Made by a program: the position numbers and the translations under genes. The notes beneath the pieces were generated by a model, which did no database searches, was not told the origin of the DNA, and saw nothing but the letters and a program-made list of their open reading frames with translations. A stretch of DNA of 64,000 nucleotides, from contig JAFLCB010000010.1 in the NCBI GenBank assembly GCA_017302795.1, positions 34,065 to 98,064 of the forward strand. The letters run 5' to 3'. The DNA comes from Deltaproteobacteria bacterium. Lineage in GTDB: Bacteria > Bdellovibrionota > Bdellovibrionia > Bdellovibrionales > JAMPXM01. Shown here in pieces: positions 38,923 through 49,129 of the stretch. Positions within the stretch are counted from its first letter, which is position 1. Each line of letters begins with the position of its first letter.

Positions 38923-39786
38923 TTATGTTCTCGATCTGAGCCCTAGGATGACCGCGGCGAAAAACTGAAAAAATATGATAGCCGGTGTGGTGGGGATTTC
39001 ATGAAACGCCAATGAGACTAGGAAACCTGCGAGCGTGCCACAAACGGAAACCGCACACAGTTTTCTCCTGAAATCGAGCAAGCGACTTCTTCTCTTGCCA
39101 AATGCCATAAGAACTGATGACGGGATGAACAACGAACCGACCACAAATAATACCCCGAGAGAATGCATCGATAGGGCCATTGCAAACAAAGCGACTAACG
39201 AAAACAGAAACTCATGTTTGGCTGGTGTTTTAAGAAGAACTGTTTTTTCAAAAGCGATCTTTGATAATCCAAACCAATTCAGCCAGATCCAGCCAAAAAC
39301 ACCCAATGAAAAGGCCAGAGTGAGCCGAGATTCCAGATCGGAGGCAGTTGATAAATCGCCAGTGAATGCACTGGCTAGATGAGATTCCAAATGGGGCGAC
39401 AGAGCCATAATAGCGGCAGTTGCAGCCATTAACATTGCGTAAAGCGCAACGGCAAATCCCGTACGGTTGGGATCGGCTTCTCGAATAAGCCCTGCTTCCA
39501 TCTTTACGGACAGTCCACCTAACAGAGCTGCAACAGAAACTGAAATCAGCAAAACTATGACATATTGGAGGACATCGTCCGATGGATTTCCCGTGTCGTG
39601 AACAACACCTAGCAACGAAATTAAAAGGAGACCGACATAGGTCCCTAGTGAAGCGGCCTGCCCGACGATGAGTGCTCGCAAAGTCCAGCTTCTGGCAAGC
39701 GTTTGAGCGCCGACAAGCGCCAAGGCTGGAGCGATCACCAACGAACTAATGACGGCCCATTTATAAAGTAACACCGCCTCGATCAT
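38923..39786 (-). CDS. ABC transporter permease, metal (ABC-3/ZnuB-like) type
   Basis: 287 aa, with roughly 8 hydrophobic helices throughout. 4-nt overlap with the upstream ATPase. The family call rests on size and architecture. Confidence 0.6.
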   Translation of the reverse strand: MIEAVLLYKWAVISSLVIAPALALVGAQTLARSWTLRALIVGQAASLGTYVGLLLISLLGVVHDTGNPSDDVLQYVIVLLISVSVAALLGGLSVKMEAGLIREADPNRTGFAVALYAMLMAATAAIMALSPHLESHLASAFTGDLSTASDLESRLTLAFSLGVFGWIWLNWFGLSKIAFEKTVLLKTPAKHEFLFSLVALFAMALSMHSLGVLFVVGSLFIPSSVLMAFGKRRSRLLDFRRKLCAVSVCGTLAGFLVSLAFHEIPTTPAIIFFQFFAAVILGLRSRT

Positions 39787-40433
39787 TTCTCAGCTGCCTC
39801 GAGCTTTACTAAAACACTCGGACTCCAAACTTCGGGATCATGAGTCACAACAACCACACACCGATTTGGATTTTCTGAAAGCCATTGCCTGGTCTGGCTG
39901 TACAATTCTTCTCGATTTCTGGAATCCAAATGATTTCCAGGCTCATCTAACAAAAGAATCTCGAACGGCACTTTGTCGTGTTTTCCTTTGCCATCCGAAA
40001 AGATCCCAGCCAGCAGCACTCGTTGCTTTTCTCCGCCTGAAGCAGAGTCCCAGGGCCTAAGCAAATCAAGATCCCGGATCAATTCGGGCATTGAATCTTC
40101 GGGAGATCGGTACCAGTCAAGCACGTCGCCAAGACTTAGAGGGAGCGCAAACATGGGGGCAGAAAATTGAGGATGAAGGCGCACTTTAAAACTCTTGTCT
40201 CCTAAGACTTCCTTACGGGTGCGAACGATTCCCTTCACGCGAGAAGCTGGATTCGAAGTCGAAAGAAAATCCGCCATTCCGTGCAGCAGAGTCGATTTCC
40301 CAACTCCGTTCGGGCCTGTGATCACACAGAGATCACCCAAAGAAAGGGAAAACGAAACCGGGCGCGATACACTTCGGCGTGTTTCCGGATCATATACTTC
40401 CAAATCAATAGCTTCAATGACCGAAGGTTTCAT
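39783..40433 (-). CDS. ABC transporter ATP-binding protein (ZnuC-like)
   Basis: Walker A GPNGVGKSTLLH, signature SGGEKQR, Walker B LLLDEPGNHLD. The ATG at 40433 lies 1 nt after the stop of the upstream OMP gene. The listed ORF extends to 40535. Confidence 0.85.
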   Translation of the reverse strand: MKPSVIEAIDLEVYDPETRRSVSRPVSFSLSLGDLCVITGPNGVGKSTLLHGMADFLSTSNPASRVKGIVRTRKEVLGDKSFKVRLHPQFSAPMFALPLSLGDVLDWYRSPEDSMPELIRDLDLLRPWDSASGGEKQRVLLAGIFSDGKGKHDKVPFEILLLDEPGNHLDSRNREELYSQTRQWLSENPNRCVVVVTHDPEVWSPSVLVKLEAAEK

Positions 40434-40434
40434 A

Positions 40435-41586
40435 CTAAAAATCGTGCGCCGGATGGGCGCCGAAAATAGCAAGGAGTTGGAGCTCGATTTTTTGCTCAAC
40501 ACGTGGATCTTCACCTTGGCGGGTGTCGACGGCATAACCGTACGTTAATCGAAAAGTCGAGAACTCGCTTACCCGGTAAGAGAAATTTGGAACCACGGCA
40601 TAATCGAGATTTGATTTGGTATCGCCATTCAAAAATCGCAAACTGAGGCTTGAGAAGGCATCGATGCGAACTCCTACGCTCAATTCGCCCAAATCATCAA
40701 CCGACTGGCTATAAAAAAAGTAGCCACCGACGTCTTCCGACAACGGCAGATACGATGAAGTTTGAAGGCGATGGTACCATTCAGTTTGAATCAACCTGCG
40801 AAGGGATTTACCTTCTCGTTTTTTATACGTGAGATCCACTCCAGCAAGTTGCGTCTTCACGCTGTCGGCGTCCGTTCGTCCCAAATAGTTGAGACCTATC
40901 ATAATGCCCGCGCCGTCAGTGAGATCGCGATATACGGTAGGGCGAAGGTAATGGGTTGCTGCCAAAGGTCGACGACCACCAGTGTGCGTGTGACCATAGG
41001 TCCAACCGTTGGTCACTCCCGCAACAAGATCGTAAACCCAGCCACTAGAATCATTCCCGGAATCTTCGGCCGACGGAGAAAATAAGTGGCCAATCTCAAG
41101 ACCTGTATCAATAGCGGCTTCTTCTGCGAAAAACTGCTGATGAGATTTCGGGGGAGAAGTGAAGGGCCATTCGTGCGAATGGAACTGATTGAGTCGACCG
41201 ATTCCTAGCAGATAGCGTCCGGCTTTGAACCGAGTTCCAGCAAGAAATTTAGAAAGCACAACGTCGGAAGCGATATAAGCTTCATGAAGCTCGAGTTCGA
41301 TCGTCCCAGCCTCGTCGTGGCCTGCGATATTAACAGCGGCATCAAACAGCGGGTCGACGGGACCAAACGTTGCCAGCTCGAAACCTCGGACTCTTAGCCG
41401 GCTCGAATCGGCAGGGGCGTTTTCAAAACCAAGATCTCCGACGAGATCAACGGCCGAAAATACTTTTAATCCACCAAGGTCAGGCGAATTCGGTGCAGCC
41501 TTGGATTGCGGGATCGGAGCGAGGAAGATCACCAGTAAAGACGCGGCGGAAATAAATTTGAGACCTTGTCGAATACTTTTTTGCAT
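40435..41586 (-). CDS. outer-membrane beta-barrel (porin-like) protein
   Basis: The ATG at 41586 (MQKSIRQGLKFISAASLLVIFLAP...) gives a signal peptide. Alternating beta-strand pattern with a C-terminal ...HPAHDF ending in Phe. The listed ORF extends to 41766. Confidence 0.55.
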   Translation of the reverse strand: MQKSIRQGLKFISAASLLVIFLAPIPQSKAAPNSPDLGGLKVFSAVDLVGDLGFENAPADSSRLRVRGFELATFGPVDPLFDAAVNIAGHDEAGTIELELHEAYIASDVVLSKFLAGTRFKAGRYLLGIGRLNQFHSHEWPFTSPPKSHQQFFAEEAAIDTGLEIGHLFSPSAEDSGNDSSGWVYDLVAGVTNGWTYGHTHTGGRRPLAATHYLRPTVYRDLTDGAGIMIGLNYLGRTDADSVKTQLAGVDLTYKKREGKSLRRLIQTEWYHRLQTSSYLPLSEDVGGYFFYSQSVDDLGELSVGVRIDAFSSLSLRFLNGDTKSNLDYAVVPNFSYRVSEFSTFRLTYGYAVDTRQGEDPRVEQKIELQLLAIFGAHPAHDF

Positions 41587-41693
41587 TGATCGTCCCCGGA
41601 GAATGCCCAATTGGCCGTTTTCGCGTATTGCGAATAGATCGCAATAAACTACAGACCTTTTGTGCGTTGAAGCAAATAAAAAAGAACGAAACT

Positions 41694-43550
41694 TCAGGAG
41701 TGTGCTTCGCTTGTAACAGCGTCCAAGCGACGTTTTGCATCCTGCGCCTCGGCTTGGAGCTTCCACATCCGCGAATACTCCCCACCAATCTTTAACAATT
41801 CATCGTGGCGACCGCGCTCCACAATTTCGCCGTCCTTCAGTACTAAAATTAAGTCGGCATCCACAACGGTAGACAGCCTATGCGCAATCACGAGCGCCGT
41901 GCGATCGCGCGCCACTTCTCTTAAACTCGCCTGAATACCTTGCTCGGTTTGGGTATCAAGTGCGGAGGTAGCTTCATCAAAAACTAAAATCTTAGGATTT
42001 TTTAAAATCGTACGAGCAATTGCAACCCGCTGTTTCTCGCCCCCCGAAAGTTTTAAACCCCGCTCGCCGACCATCGATTTATAGCCCTGAGGCAGCCGGG
42101 CAACAAACGAATCAATTTTTGCGAGCCTCGCCGCTTCCTTCATCTCTTTTTCTGTTGCCTCTGGTCGACCGTACTGAATGTTGTAGCCAATGGTATCGTT
42201 AAACAGAACTGTGTCTTGCGGAACAATGCCAATTGCTCTCCTCACGGACGCCTGCTCAACTTCCCGGAGATCCTGCTTATCAATTAGAACGGCTCCCACA
42301 GTAGGGTCGTAAAAGCGAAACAACAGACGCGACAATGTCGACTTGCCCGATCCGGAGGGGCCTACGATCGCCACAGTCTTACCGGGCTGCACCTCAAAAC
42401 TGACGTTTTTTAAAATCGGCCGGTCTGCTGAGTAATGGAACGAGACATTTTTAAATTCAATTCCCCCAGCAGCTAGTTTGAGTGCTCTGGCTCCCGGAAT
42501 GTCTTTAATGTCTCTTTCGACCGACAGGAGTTCAAACATCTTGTCCATTTCGACGAGACTTTGAGTTGTTTCACGGTAAGCAAATCCGAGAATATTAAGC
42601 GGCAAATAAAGTTGAATGAGGAAAGTGTTGATCGCAACAAAGTCGCCGATCGTCATGGTCTTTTGGACAACTCCCTGTGCAGCGAGGACCATAACAGCAA
42701 CCAACCCGACTGCGATAATGACGCCCTGTCCACAATTTAGAATCGATAGGGAAGTCTGACTTTGAATCGCGGCGGCCTCATAGCCCTCAAGCGCGCGATC
42801 GAACCTCTTGTGTTCATGAGTTTCATTGCCAAAGTATTTAACTGTTTCAAAGTTTAGTAAGCTATCGATGGCTTTGGTATTTGCCTCAGTGTCTTTTTGC
42901 ATCATCTCTTTGCGAAACTTCACTCGCCAGTTCGTGATCGAAATCGTGTACCAAACATAAATGCCAATGGTTCCCATTGTGATCAGCGCGAACTTCCAGC
43001 CAAACGTAAAAAATAGAACAATCGAAACAATCACCACTTCGACGATTGTTGGGAGAATATTAAAAAGCATAAATTGAAGGACGGTTTGAATCCCGCGGGT
43101 ACCTCGCTCGATAACGCGCGATAGCCCTCCCGTTTGACGATCCAAATGAAACGCTAACGACAAAGAATGAAGGTGTTCAAAAGTCCTCAGGCCAATTTGG
43201 CGCTGTGTGAATTGTGTCACACGGGCAAAAATAAAGTCGCGGAACTCTGAAAAGAGCTGCTGGCCGATTCGCGCGGCTGCATAGGCCACTGTTAATCCAA
43301 TGGCTGCGCTAACATAGACAGTTTCTCCCTGAACGACCAGCGACAGCTTGTCGATCGCTCCTTTCAAAAAGAAGGGAACAGAGACGTTGACCGATTTGGC
43401 GATCAAAAGCGAAAGCATGGCGACAAGTACCCGCCACTTTAAGTCGATTCGGCCGGCAGGCCAGAGATAGGGCAGGAGGGATTTCAGCGTCTGCCAGGAA
43501 GAGTCTGATTTGCTCTCCGCGGCAGGGTTAAACTGTTTTGCTGGTGTCAT
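41694..43550 (-). CDS. ABC exporter, fused permease/ATPase (Atm1/HMT1-like)
   Basis: 618 aa with an N-terminal six-TM domain. GPSGSGKST, LSGGEKQRVAIAR, ILVFDEATSALD. Confidence 0.9.
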   Translation of the reverse strand: MTPAKQFNPAAESKSDSSWQTLKSLLPYLWPAGRIDLKWRVLVAMLSLLIAKSVNVSVPFFLKGAIDKLSLVVQGETVYVSAAIGLTVAYAAARIGQQLFSEFRDFIFARVTQFTQRQIGLRTFEHLHSLSLAFHLDRQTGGLSRVIERGTRGIQTVLQFMLFNILPTIVEVVIVSIVLFFTFGWKFALITMGTIGIYVWYTISITNWRVKFRKEMMQKDTEANTKAIDSLLNFETVKYFGNETHEHKRFDRALEGYEAAAIQSQTSLSILNCGQGVIIAVGLVAVMVLAAQGVVQKTMTIGDFVAINTFLIQLYLPLNILGFAYRETTQSLVEMDKMFELLSVERDIKDIPGARALKLAAGGIEFKNVSFHYSADRPILKNVSFEVQPGKTVAIVGPSGSGKSTLSRLLFRFYDPTVGAVLIDKQDLREVEQASVRRAIGIVPQDTVLFNDTIGYNIQYGRPEATEKEMKEAARLAKIDSFVARLPQGYKSMVGERGLKLSGGEKQRVAIARTILKNPKILVFDEATSALDTQTEQGIQASLREVARDRTALVIAHRLSTVVDADLILVLKDGEIVERGRHDELLKIGGEYSRMWKLQAEAQDAKRRLDAVTSEAHS

Positions 43551-43997
43551 TCGGACCTCCTAGAACAGAAACTGTGTAGAACCTCCTACCTCAGGAGTGA
43601 AGAAGTGACACCGTTATCATTGACTACTATATGTGTTTTTATCTCGAAATTGCCGCGGTGCGCTTGCCCGGAGAATTAGATTTTACAAGATTTTGTCAGC
43701 GTTTTAAGACCGAGCGGGGGTAAATGAGCTCGGGACTGTTCCTAATCAGACTTCATCGATTCATTTTTTGAATTCGGTAAAGAATGAATTTTTCGGCACA
43801 GCCTTTGCTGACCTTTCCTTCGGTCGGAATGCGGATTTTGTTTTCTCTGAACAAGCTTTGAACCTTAAGGGGTTACGGTTCTTTGCTTATTAAAAGTTCA
43901 ACGGAAGCGCGCAAGCCACGACTAATCGTTTAAACGGTTTTGGAAAGTATTAAAATTTCAGCAGCTAATGTTGCTGAACCATTTAGGGGGATCTTCT

Positions 43998-45014
43998 ATG
44001 TCTGCAGGCTACTTGGCTCAAGTCGCGATGTTTGCAACAGCAATGTCATTGACTGGCGCTGCTTTTGCTCAAACTTCGACGACGGCAACAGCATCATCGA
44101 CAGCTACAACTACCGCGACAACAGCGACTGCACCAGCCTCGGGCGAATCAGCAACGAAGCTAAGTGATGTAACACCACAAAATACGGATGTTAAAAAAGA
44201 AGGCGACGTCGACACCGACGAAGTCATCACCAACCGCAAACTTCGCGCTGAAACCGGAGCAAAGAAGAAGTACAGCTTCTCTTCAGCTGTCACTTATAGC
44301 GGTGGAACTATCAACAACCCAATGTCGGATGTTCGTCCAAACATAACGGCTGGAATCGGTACCCAGATCGCGCCACGCCTTAGCGGCTCGGTTGGGATGA
44401 AGTATCGCCTCTCGCCACTGCAAACTCTTTCGGCATCTGTAGGTGTCGGCGTCGATAAACCCTTCCATAGCGACGACAAAAAAAGCTTCCGTGAGCGAAG
44501 TTCGGCTTCAAACCCTGGCGTTAGCTACACGACTATGTACAAAGCTCTCGGTATCCAAAACGTTTCGTCTGTATCGGCATCAGCGTACACGACAGATTTC
44601 TTGCGAACCAACGGCTATATCGCTGGCTTCGGCTTCACTCAAACCATGGTCTATGACTTTGGCGGATCGAAAACTTCGGTTGGCTTGAGCGCTTCGCTCA
44701 GCACTTCAATCTTCGATAAAGACGACGCTCGATTGGCCGCAAATCAAGGTGATTATGGAGTGGGCGCGTTCCCATTCTTTGAATATGTCATCAACGACAA
44801 ACTAAACTTCCGTACGTTGATCGGCTTTATGGCAGATCATTCGCGTGCGACTGGCGACTTCTGGACTTGGACTGCGAACAAGGTTTATCAGTCAGCTGGC
44901 CTCGGAATTTCTGTGACTCGTGACTTGTACTTGTATCCAAACGTTCAGTTCATTCCAGAAGATATTCGCGCTGATCGAACAAACGTTGGAATCACTGCAA
45001 ACATCAATCTTTAA
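43998..45014 (+). CDS. outer-membrane beta-barrel protein, paralog A
   Basis: AGGGGG RBS. Signal peptide ...GAAFAQ, a Thr/Ala-rich linker, then the block DVTPQNTDVKKEGDVDTDEVITNRKLRAETG shared with the downstream gene. Alternating-strand C-terminal part. Confidence 0.65.
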   Translation: MSAGYLAQVAMFATAMSLTGAAFAQTSTTATASSTATTTATTATAPASGESATKLSDVTPQNTDVKKEGDVDTDEVITNRKLRAETGAKKKYSFSSAVTYSGGTINNPMSDVRPNITAGIGTQIAPRLSGSVGMKYRLSPLQTLSASVGVGVDKPFHSDDKKSFRERSSASNPGVSYTTMYKALGIQNVSSVSASAYTTDFLRTNGYIAGFGFTQTMVYDFGGSKTSVGLSASLSTSIFDKDDARLAANQGDYGVGAFPFFEYVINDKLNFRTLIGFMADHSRATGDFWTWTANKVYQSAGLGISVTRDLYLYPNVQFIPEDIRADRTNVGITANINL

Positions 45015-45170
45015 GGATCGATGCTTGCGCAGGAGTGATCCCGTAAGTGGGTGATCACTTTCTTGGCCTTGATTGGGCATCGACACGGTGGCGATCAAGG
45101 CTTTCGCTTTCAAATAGGTTTAGAAAAGGGCATTTGCCTACAAACAGATCGAACAAAGGGAATTTACTAC

Positions 45171-46130
45171 ATGAAAGTCCAATCAACTAAGTATCTCGTT
45201 TTGGCCGGCCTCTTGGCGGTTTCAACTTCAGCTTTTGCTGAGACAACAGAAACTCCAGCTGCAGAGACAACTACGAAAATTGAAGATGTGACGCCAAATA
45301 CGCCAGTTAAAAAAGATGGCGAAGCTGATGTTGACGAAGTCATCACCAACCGCAAACTTCGCGCTGAAACTGGCTCGAAGAATCTCTACAGCTTCTCGGC
45401 AGCTCTCGGTTACAACGGCGGAACTATCAATAATCCAATGTCAGATGTTCGACCAAACATTGCGTCGGCAGTTTTCGATCCAGCTCAACCAGCTCTTTCG
45501 GGATCGATCGGTGGAAAATATAAGATCAGTGCCCTTCAGTCGCTTTCCGTCGACGTAGGTGTTTTAGTTCGTAAGCCGTTTCATGGCGACGACAAGAAGA
45601 CTTTCCGTGAACGCACAACTGTCAGCAATCCGTCGCTGACTTATCAGGTTGTTTACCAAGCTGCAGGCATTCAAAACGTAACTGCTGTTTCTGGAACATG
45701 GACAACAGATGAAGCTTACCGCGCAATCGGTGATTTAGGAACAATCGGCTTTGGTCAGACTGCAATCTATGACTTCGGCGGTTCGAAGTTCTCGGCGGGC
45801 TTAGCTTTCGACGCGTCTTACACGGTGTTTGATAAGAACGACGAAGCACTTCGTGGCGATCAATCTGACTATCAGTTTGGTTTCTATCCCTTCGCAGAGC
45901 TCGTTCTTAACGACACGCTCAACCTGCGCACTGTCTTCCGTCCATTCACATTCCAACACGTTCGCGCAGAACCGTTTGGCAATGTCGTTCGCAACGTGAA
46001 CACACAGTCCTTCGGGCTAGGCATTTCGGTTACTCGCGATATTTACCTTTATCCAAACATCCAGTTCGTTCTTGAGGACGCACGTGCTGAACGCACGAAC
46101 GTGGCTTTGAGCGCTAACATCAACATTTAG
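45171..46130 (+). CDS. outer-membrane beta-barrel protein, paralog B
   Basis: AAGGGA RBS and signal peptide ...TSAFAE. Colinear with paralog A (DEVITNRKLRAETG, GGTINNPMSDVRPNI, GISVTRD.YLYPN.QF). Followed by a terminator. Confidence 0.65.
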   Translation: MKVQSTKYLVLAGLLAVSTSAFAETTETPAAETTTKIEDVTPNTPVKKDGEADVDEVITNRKLRAETGSKNLYSFSAALGYNGGTINNPMSDVRPNIASAVFDPAQPALSGSIGGKYKISALQSLSVDVGVLVRKPFHGDDKKTFRERTTVSNPSLTYQVVYQAAGIQNVTAVSGTWTTDEAYRAIGDLGTIGFGQTAIYDFGGSKFSAGLAFDASYTVFDKNDEALRGDQSDYQFGFYPFAELVLNDTLNLRTVFRPFTFQHVRAEPFGNVVRNVNTQSFGLGISVTRDIYLYPNIQFVLEDARAERTNVALSANINI

Positions 46131-46170
46131 TTGGAATGTTCCATCACTGCTATTAGCAGTGATTCAATGA

Positions 46171-46205
46171 CCCCGAAGCCGCATGGTTTCGGGGTTTTTT
46201 GTTTT
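46171..46205 (+). terminator. rho-independent terminator after the OMP pair
   Basis: CCCCGAAGCC-gcat-GGTTTCGGGG followed by TTTTTTGTTTTTT. Confidence 0.85.
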
Positions 46206-46247
46206 TTGGGGCATCAATGTTTGTTTGACCTAGCGATTTTGTAGCGA

Positions 46248-48743
46248 ATGCGATATCGACAGGTCATCGTGAAATCAAAACGTAACGCCTTGATAGTTCT
46301 TAAGGGACTTGTCAGCCTCCTCGTGCTAGCGGCGCTATGTGTAGGGCTAGGGAAGTCCTTTGCTGATCTAGGTCCTCTAGGCCAATTGTTAGCGCCCAGC
46401 ACAGGCGTATGGCGTCACAAGCCCACCTCGGCAGAAGATCTCCTAAAAAATTTCGGCACAGCTGTGGCTTCGGCTGGGATGAAGCCAGTGTCACTCACCA
46501 TTGATTCTGACGGCGTGCCACATCTCGCCTCTGAGGACGAGGCTGCGCTCTACTTCGCCCAAGGTTACATCACGGCCTATTACCGAATGTGGCAAATGGA
46601 CTTTATGGCTCGAATCACGGCCGGACGAGTGGCCGAGCTACTTGGTGAAAAGGCGCTACCGATTGATCGCTTTTTCCGCCGACTCAGAGTTCCCGCAGCA
46701 GCCGAAGCATCCGCGGATCTCATGATGAACGATCTTGCCACCCGCAATTCTCTTGTCGCTTACTCGAACGGCGTTAATTCCCGGCTTCAGCAGATTGTAA
46801 TTACGAATTTGCCGTTTGAGTACCGGCTTTTCGGGACGTTTCCTGAACCGTGGGAGCCAAGACGTGCAGCCTATCTCTTAAAGTTTATGACTTGGCAGCT
46901 GACGGGTTACATGTACGATTTCCGTCTATCGTCGGCAAAGACCAAGCTTTCGTCCGAGTTGTTTGATTTACTGTTTCCGATTGCCCCCCGGATACCCGGC
47001 ACCGTTATAAGCGACAAAGATCGTCCGCTAACTTCCAGATCAACTGAGGGCCGAACGCCACAAAACCAAGCTAGCTACGCGCAACGCAACTTCAAGCTGT
47101 TCGATCAGAAGATTCCAGATATGGTGCGCCCCGATCCAACCAATGGAAGTAACAACTGGGCCATTGCCGGGAAGCACATGTCCAATGGACGGCCAGCACT
47201 TTCCAATGATCTTCATCTTAGCTACACGCTTCCGGCGCTGTGGTTTCCCATTCAGTTGACTGGGCCTGGTTTCAATGTTTATGGCGCAAGCCTGCCCGGC
47301 TCTCCTGGCGTTATTGTCGGCTTCAATGAGACTATGGGGTGGGCAGTCACAAACGGAACCAATGATGTTCTCGATTGGTACTCGCTTCAGTTTCGGGATG
47401 AAACTCGTCGTGAATATCTATTTGAAGATTCGTGGCGACCGGTGATCTTGGCCGAAGAAAAAGTTCTTTTGCCCGACGGACGCTATGAAACAGTTCAAAC
47501 AAGAGAGACGCACATCGGTCCAATTTTATTCGAAGAAGGTGAAGCAACAGCCGTTGCTCAAACCCCGTCGGGTCTCGCTCTGCAATGGACTGGTTTGATT
47601 CCGTCCAATGAACTGAAATCATTTTTAACTCTCAATCGCGCCAAAAAAGCATCAGACTGCCGAGATGCATTGAAGGGATACGTCGCACCAGGGCAGAATT
47701 TTGTCTGTGCCGACCAGAAAGGGACTATCACTTATCGGCTTGCCGGGCTTTTTCCCGATCGTCGAAATCGCGATGGTCGCTTGGTCAGCGAAGCCTCAAA
47801 GTCATCCGATGTGTGGCAGGGCTTTCTATCTCCTGAGGAAAATCCAGCAATTGAAAATGTAAGAGACTTTGTTGTTACTGCCAATCAGGCACCTTTCAAT
47901 GGAACACGCCAATCTGACTATGGATGGTTTTTTGCGACCCCTTACCGAGCCATGCAAATTGAGCGACTTATCAGTGCCAAGCTGAAAGGAACAAAGAGAA
48001 AAGGTAAACTTAACCCCGAGGATCTCATTGAAATTCAGGCGGACACCGGGAGCCTTTTATCTCTGGCATTTAAAGACTTGGTTTTAAAAGAGTCCAAAGC
48101 TTCACCACTAGCCGAGCAGATTTCCAATTTCAGATGCCGCCCGGTAGAAAACCTAGCACTTGAAATTAAAAACTGGGCAGGAATCCACAACTCCGATTCT
48201 GTCATTGCGACGTTGATGTCTGAATGGCTGGCACGTTACGAATTTGAACTTTGGCAAAGCCGGCTTGGAACTTCGTTTGAATCCTATTGGCCAAGTCGGT
48301 GGCGACTTCTTGAAATCAGCCAAAACCAAAGTCAGTGGTCAAGTTTATGGAAAGAGTCACAAAAATCTGTGGCCGACGTTCTCTCGAGCTCACTATCTCA
48401 AGCTTGCGCCGCACTTCTAGAATCTCATGCAAGCGTACCGAGCTGGTCAAAGTACCAAGAAACCTATGTCCAACACTCTGGACGAATACCCGGCCTTGGC
48501 CGAAGGAATTTGCAAACCGGCGGTTCTGCGGAGTCTATTTTTGCCAACAAGGGCGGTCACGGTCCCACCTGGAAAATGGTTGTTACATTTGAAGATACAC
48601 CGCGAGCTTGGTTTATGATTCCAGGTGGTCAAAGTGGTGATCCTGGTTCGGTTGAATACGATCGCCACCTCACGGAATGGGGAACCGGAAAAATGCGCCA
48701 GGCCCAGTTTTTAAAACGTTCCGCAAAGAGTGGTTCGCAATGA
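46248..48743 (+). CDS. penicillin/acyl-homoserine-lactone acylase family Ntn-hydrolase
   Basis: 831 aa with an N-terminal signal/anchor. The GSNNWAIAG motif (the Ser that becomes the beta-chain N-terminal nucleophile), plus overall size and architecture, fit the penicillin amidase family. Confidence 0.85.
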   Translation: MRYRQVIVKSKRNALIVLKGLVSLLVLAALCVGLGKSFADLGPLGQLLAPSTGVWRHKPTSAEDLLKNFGTAVASAGMKPVSLTIDSDGVPHLASEDEAALYFAQGYITAYYRMWQMDFMARITAGRVAELLGEKALPIDRFFRRLRVPAAAEASADLMMNDLATRNSLVAYSNGVNSRLQQIVITNLPFEYRLFGTFPEPWEPRRAAYLLKFMTWQLTGYMYDFRLSSAKTKLSSELFDLLFPIAPRIPGTVISDKDRPLTSRSTEGRTPQNQASYAQRNFKLFDQKIPDMVRPDPTNGSNNWAIAGKHMSNGRPALSNDLHLSYTLPALWFPIQLTGPGFNVYGASLPGSPGVIVGFNETMGWAVTNGTNDVLDWYSLQFRDETRREYLFEDSWRPVILAEEKVLLPDGRYETVQTRETHIGPILFEEGEATAVAQTPSGLALQWTGLIPSNELKSFLTLNRAKKASDCRDALKGYVAPGQNFVCADQKGTITYRLAGLFPDRRNRDGRLVSEASKSSDVWQGFLSPEENPAIENVRDFVVTANQAPFNGTRQSDYGWFFATPYRAMQIERLISAKLKGTKRKGKLNPEDLIEIQADTGSLLSLAFKDLVLKESKASPLAEQISNFRCRPVENLALEIKNWAGIHNSDSVIATLMSEWLARYEFELWQSRLGTSFESYWPSRWRLLEISQNQSQWSSLWKESQKSVADVLSSSLSQACAALLESHASVPSWSKYQETYVQHSGRIPGLGRRNLQTGGSAESIFANKGGHGPTWKMVVTFEDTPRAWFMIPGGQSGDPGSVEYDRHLTEWGTGKMRQAQFLKRSAKSGSQ

Positions 48744-49129
48744 ACCAAGCAATTCAGAAATTTATTTTGGCGACAGCATTGATAACAGCGACCGCGTTTT
48801 GGACACCGTGGTGGGGCACGGTATTGGTCGCACTTACTCTTGCTTTATTGTCAGGTTTTGGCACTGGACTGCTGTGGATAGCATCATTTTTAGGATGGGT
48901 CATTGCGCTGACTTTGCGAGACCTGTTGAACGATCACGGACCAAGCCGAACATTGGTTCGGGTATTTTCGCTCACAGAGTTAGGCAACTCTCTTGCTCAG
49001 CCAGCAGTGATCGGGGTTGTCGCAGTGATAGGCGCATGCTTGGGTGGCTCAACTGCAGGCTTCGTCAATGCAGTCAAAGAGTGGCGGCAATCGAAAAGTA
49101 GCGCCAACAAAGTTAGCCAGAATAATTAA
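48740..49129 (+). CDS. small integral membrane protein (about 4 TM)
   Basis: ATGA overlap with the acylase stop. MNQAIQKFILATALITATAFW... is hydrophobic throughout. No family recognised. Confidence 0.55.
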   Translation: MNQAIQKFILATALITATAFWTPWWGTVLVALTLALLSGFGTGLLWIASFLGWVIALTLRDLLNDHGPSRTLVRVFSLTELGNSLAQPAVIGVVAVIGACLGGSTAGFVNAVKEWRQSKSSANKVSQNN

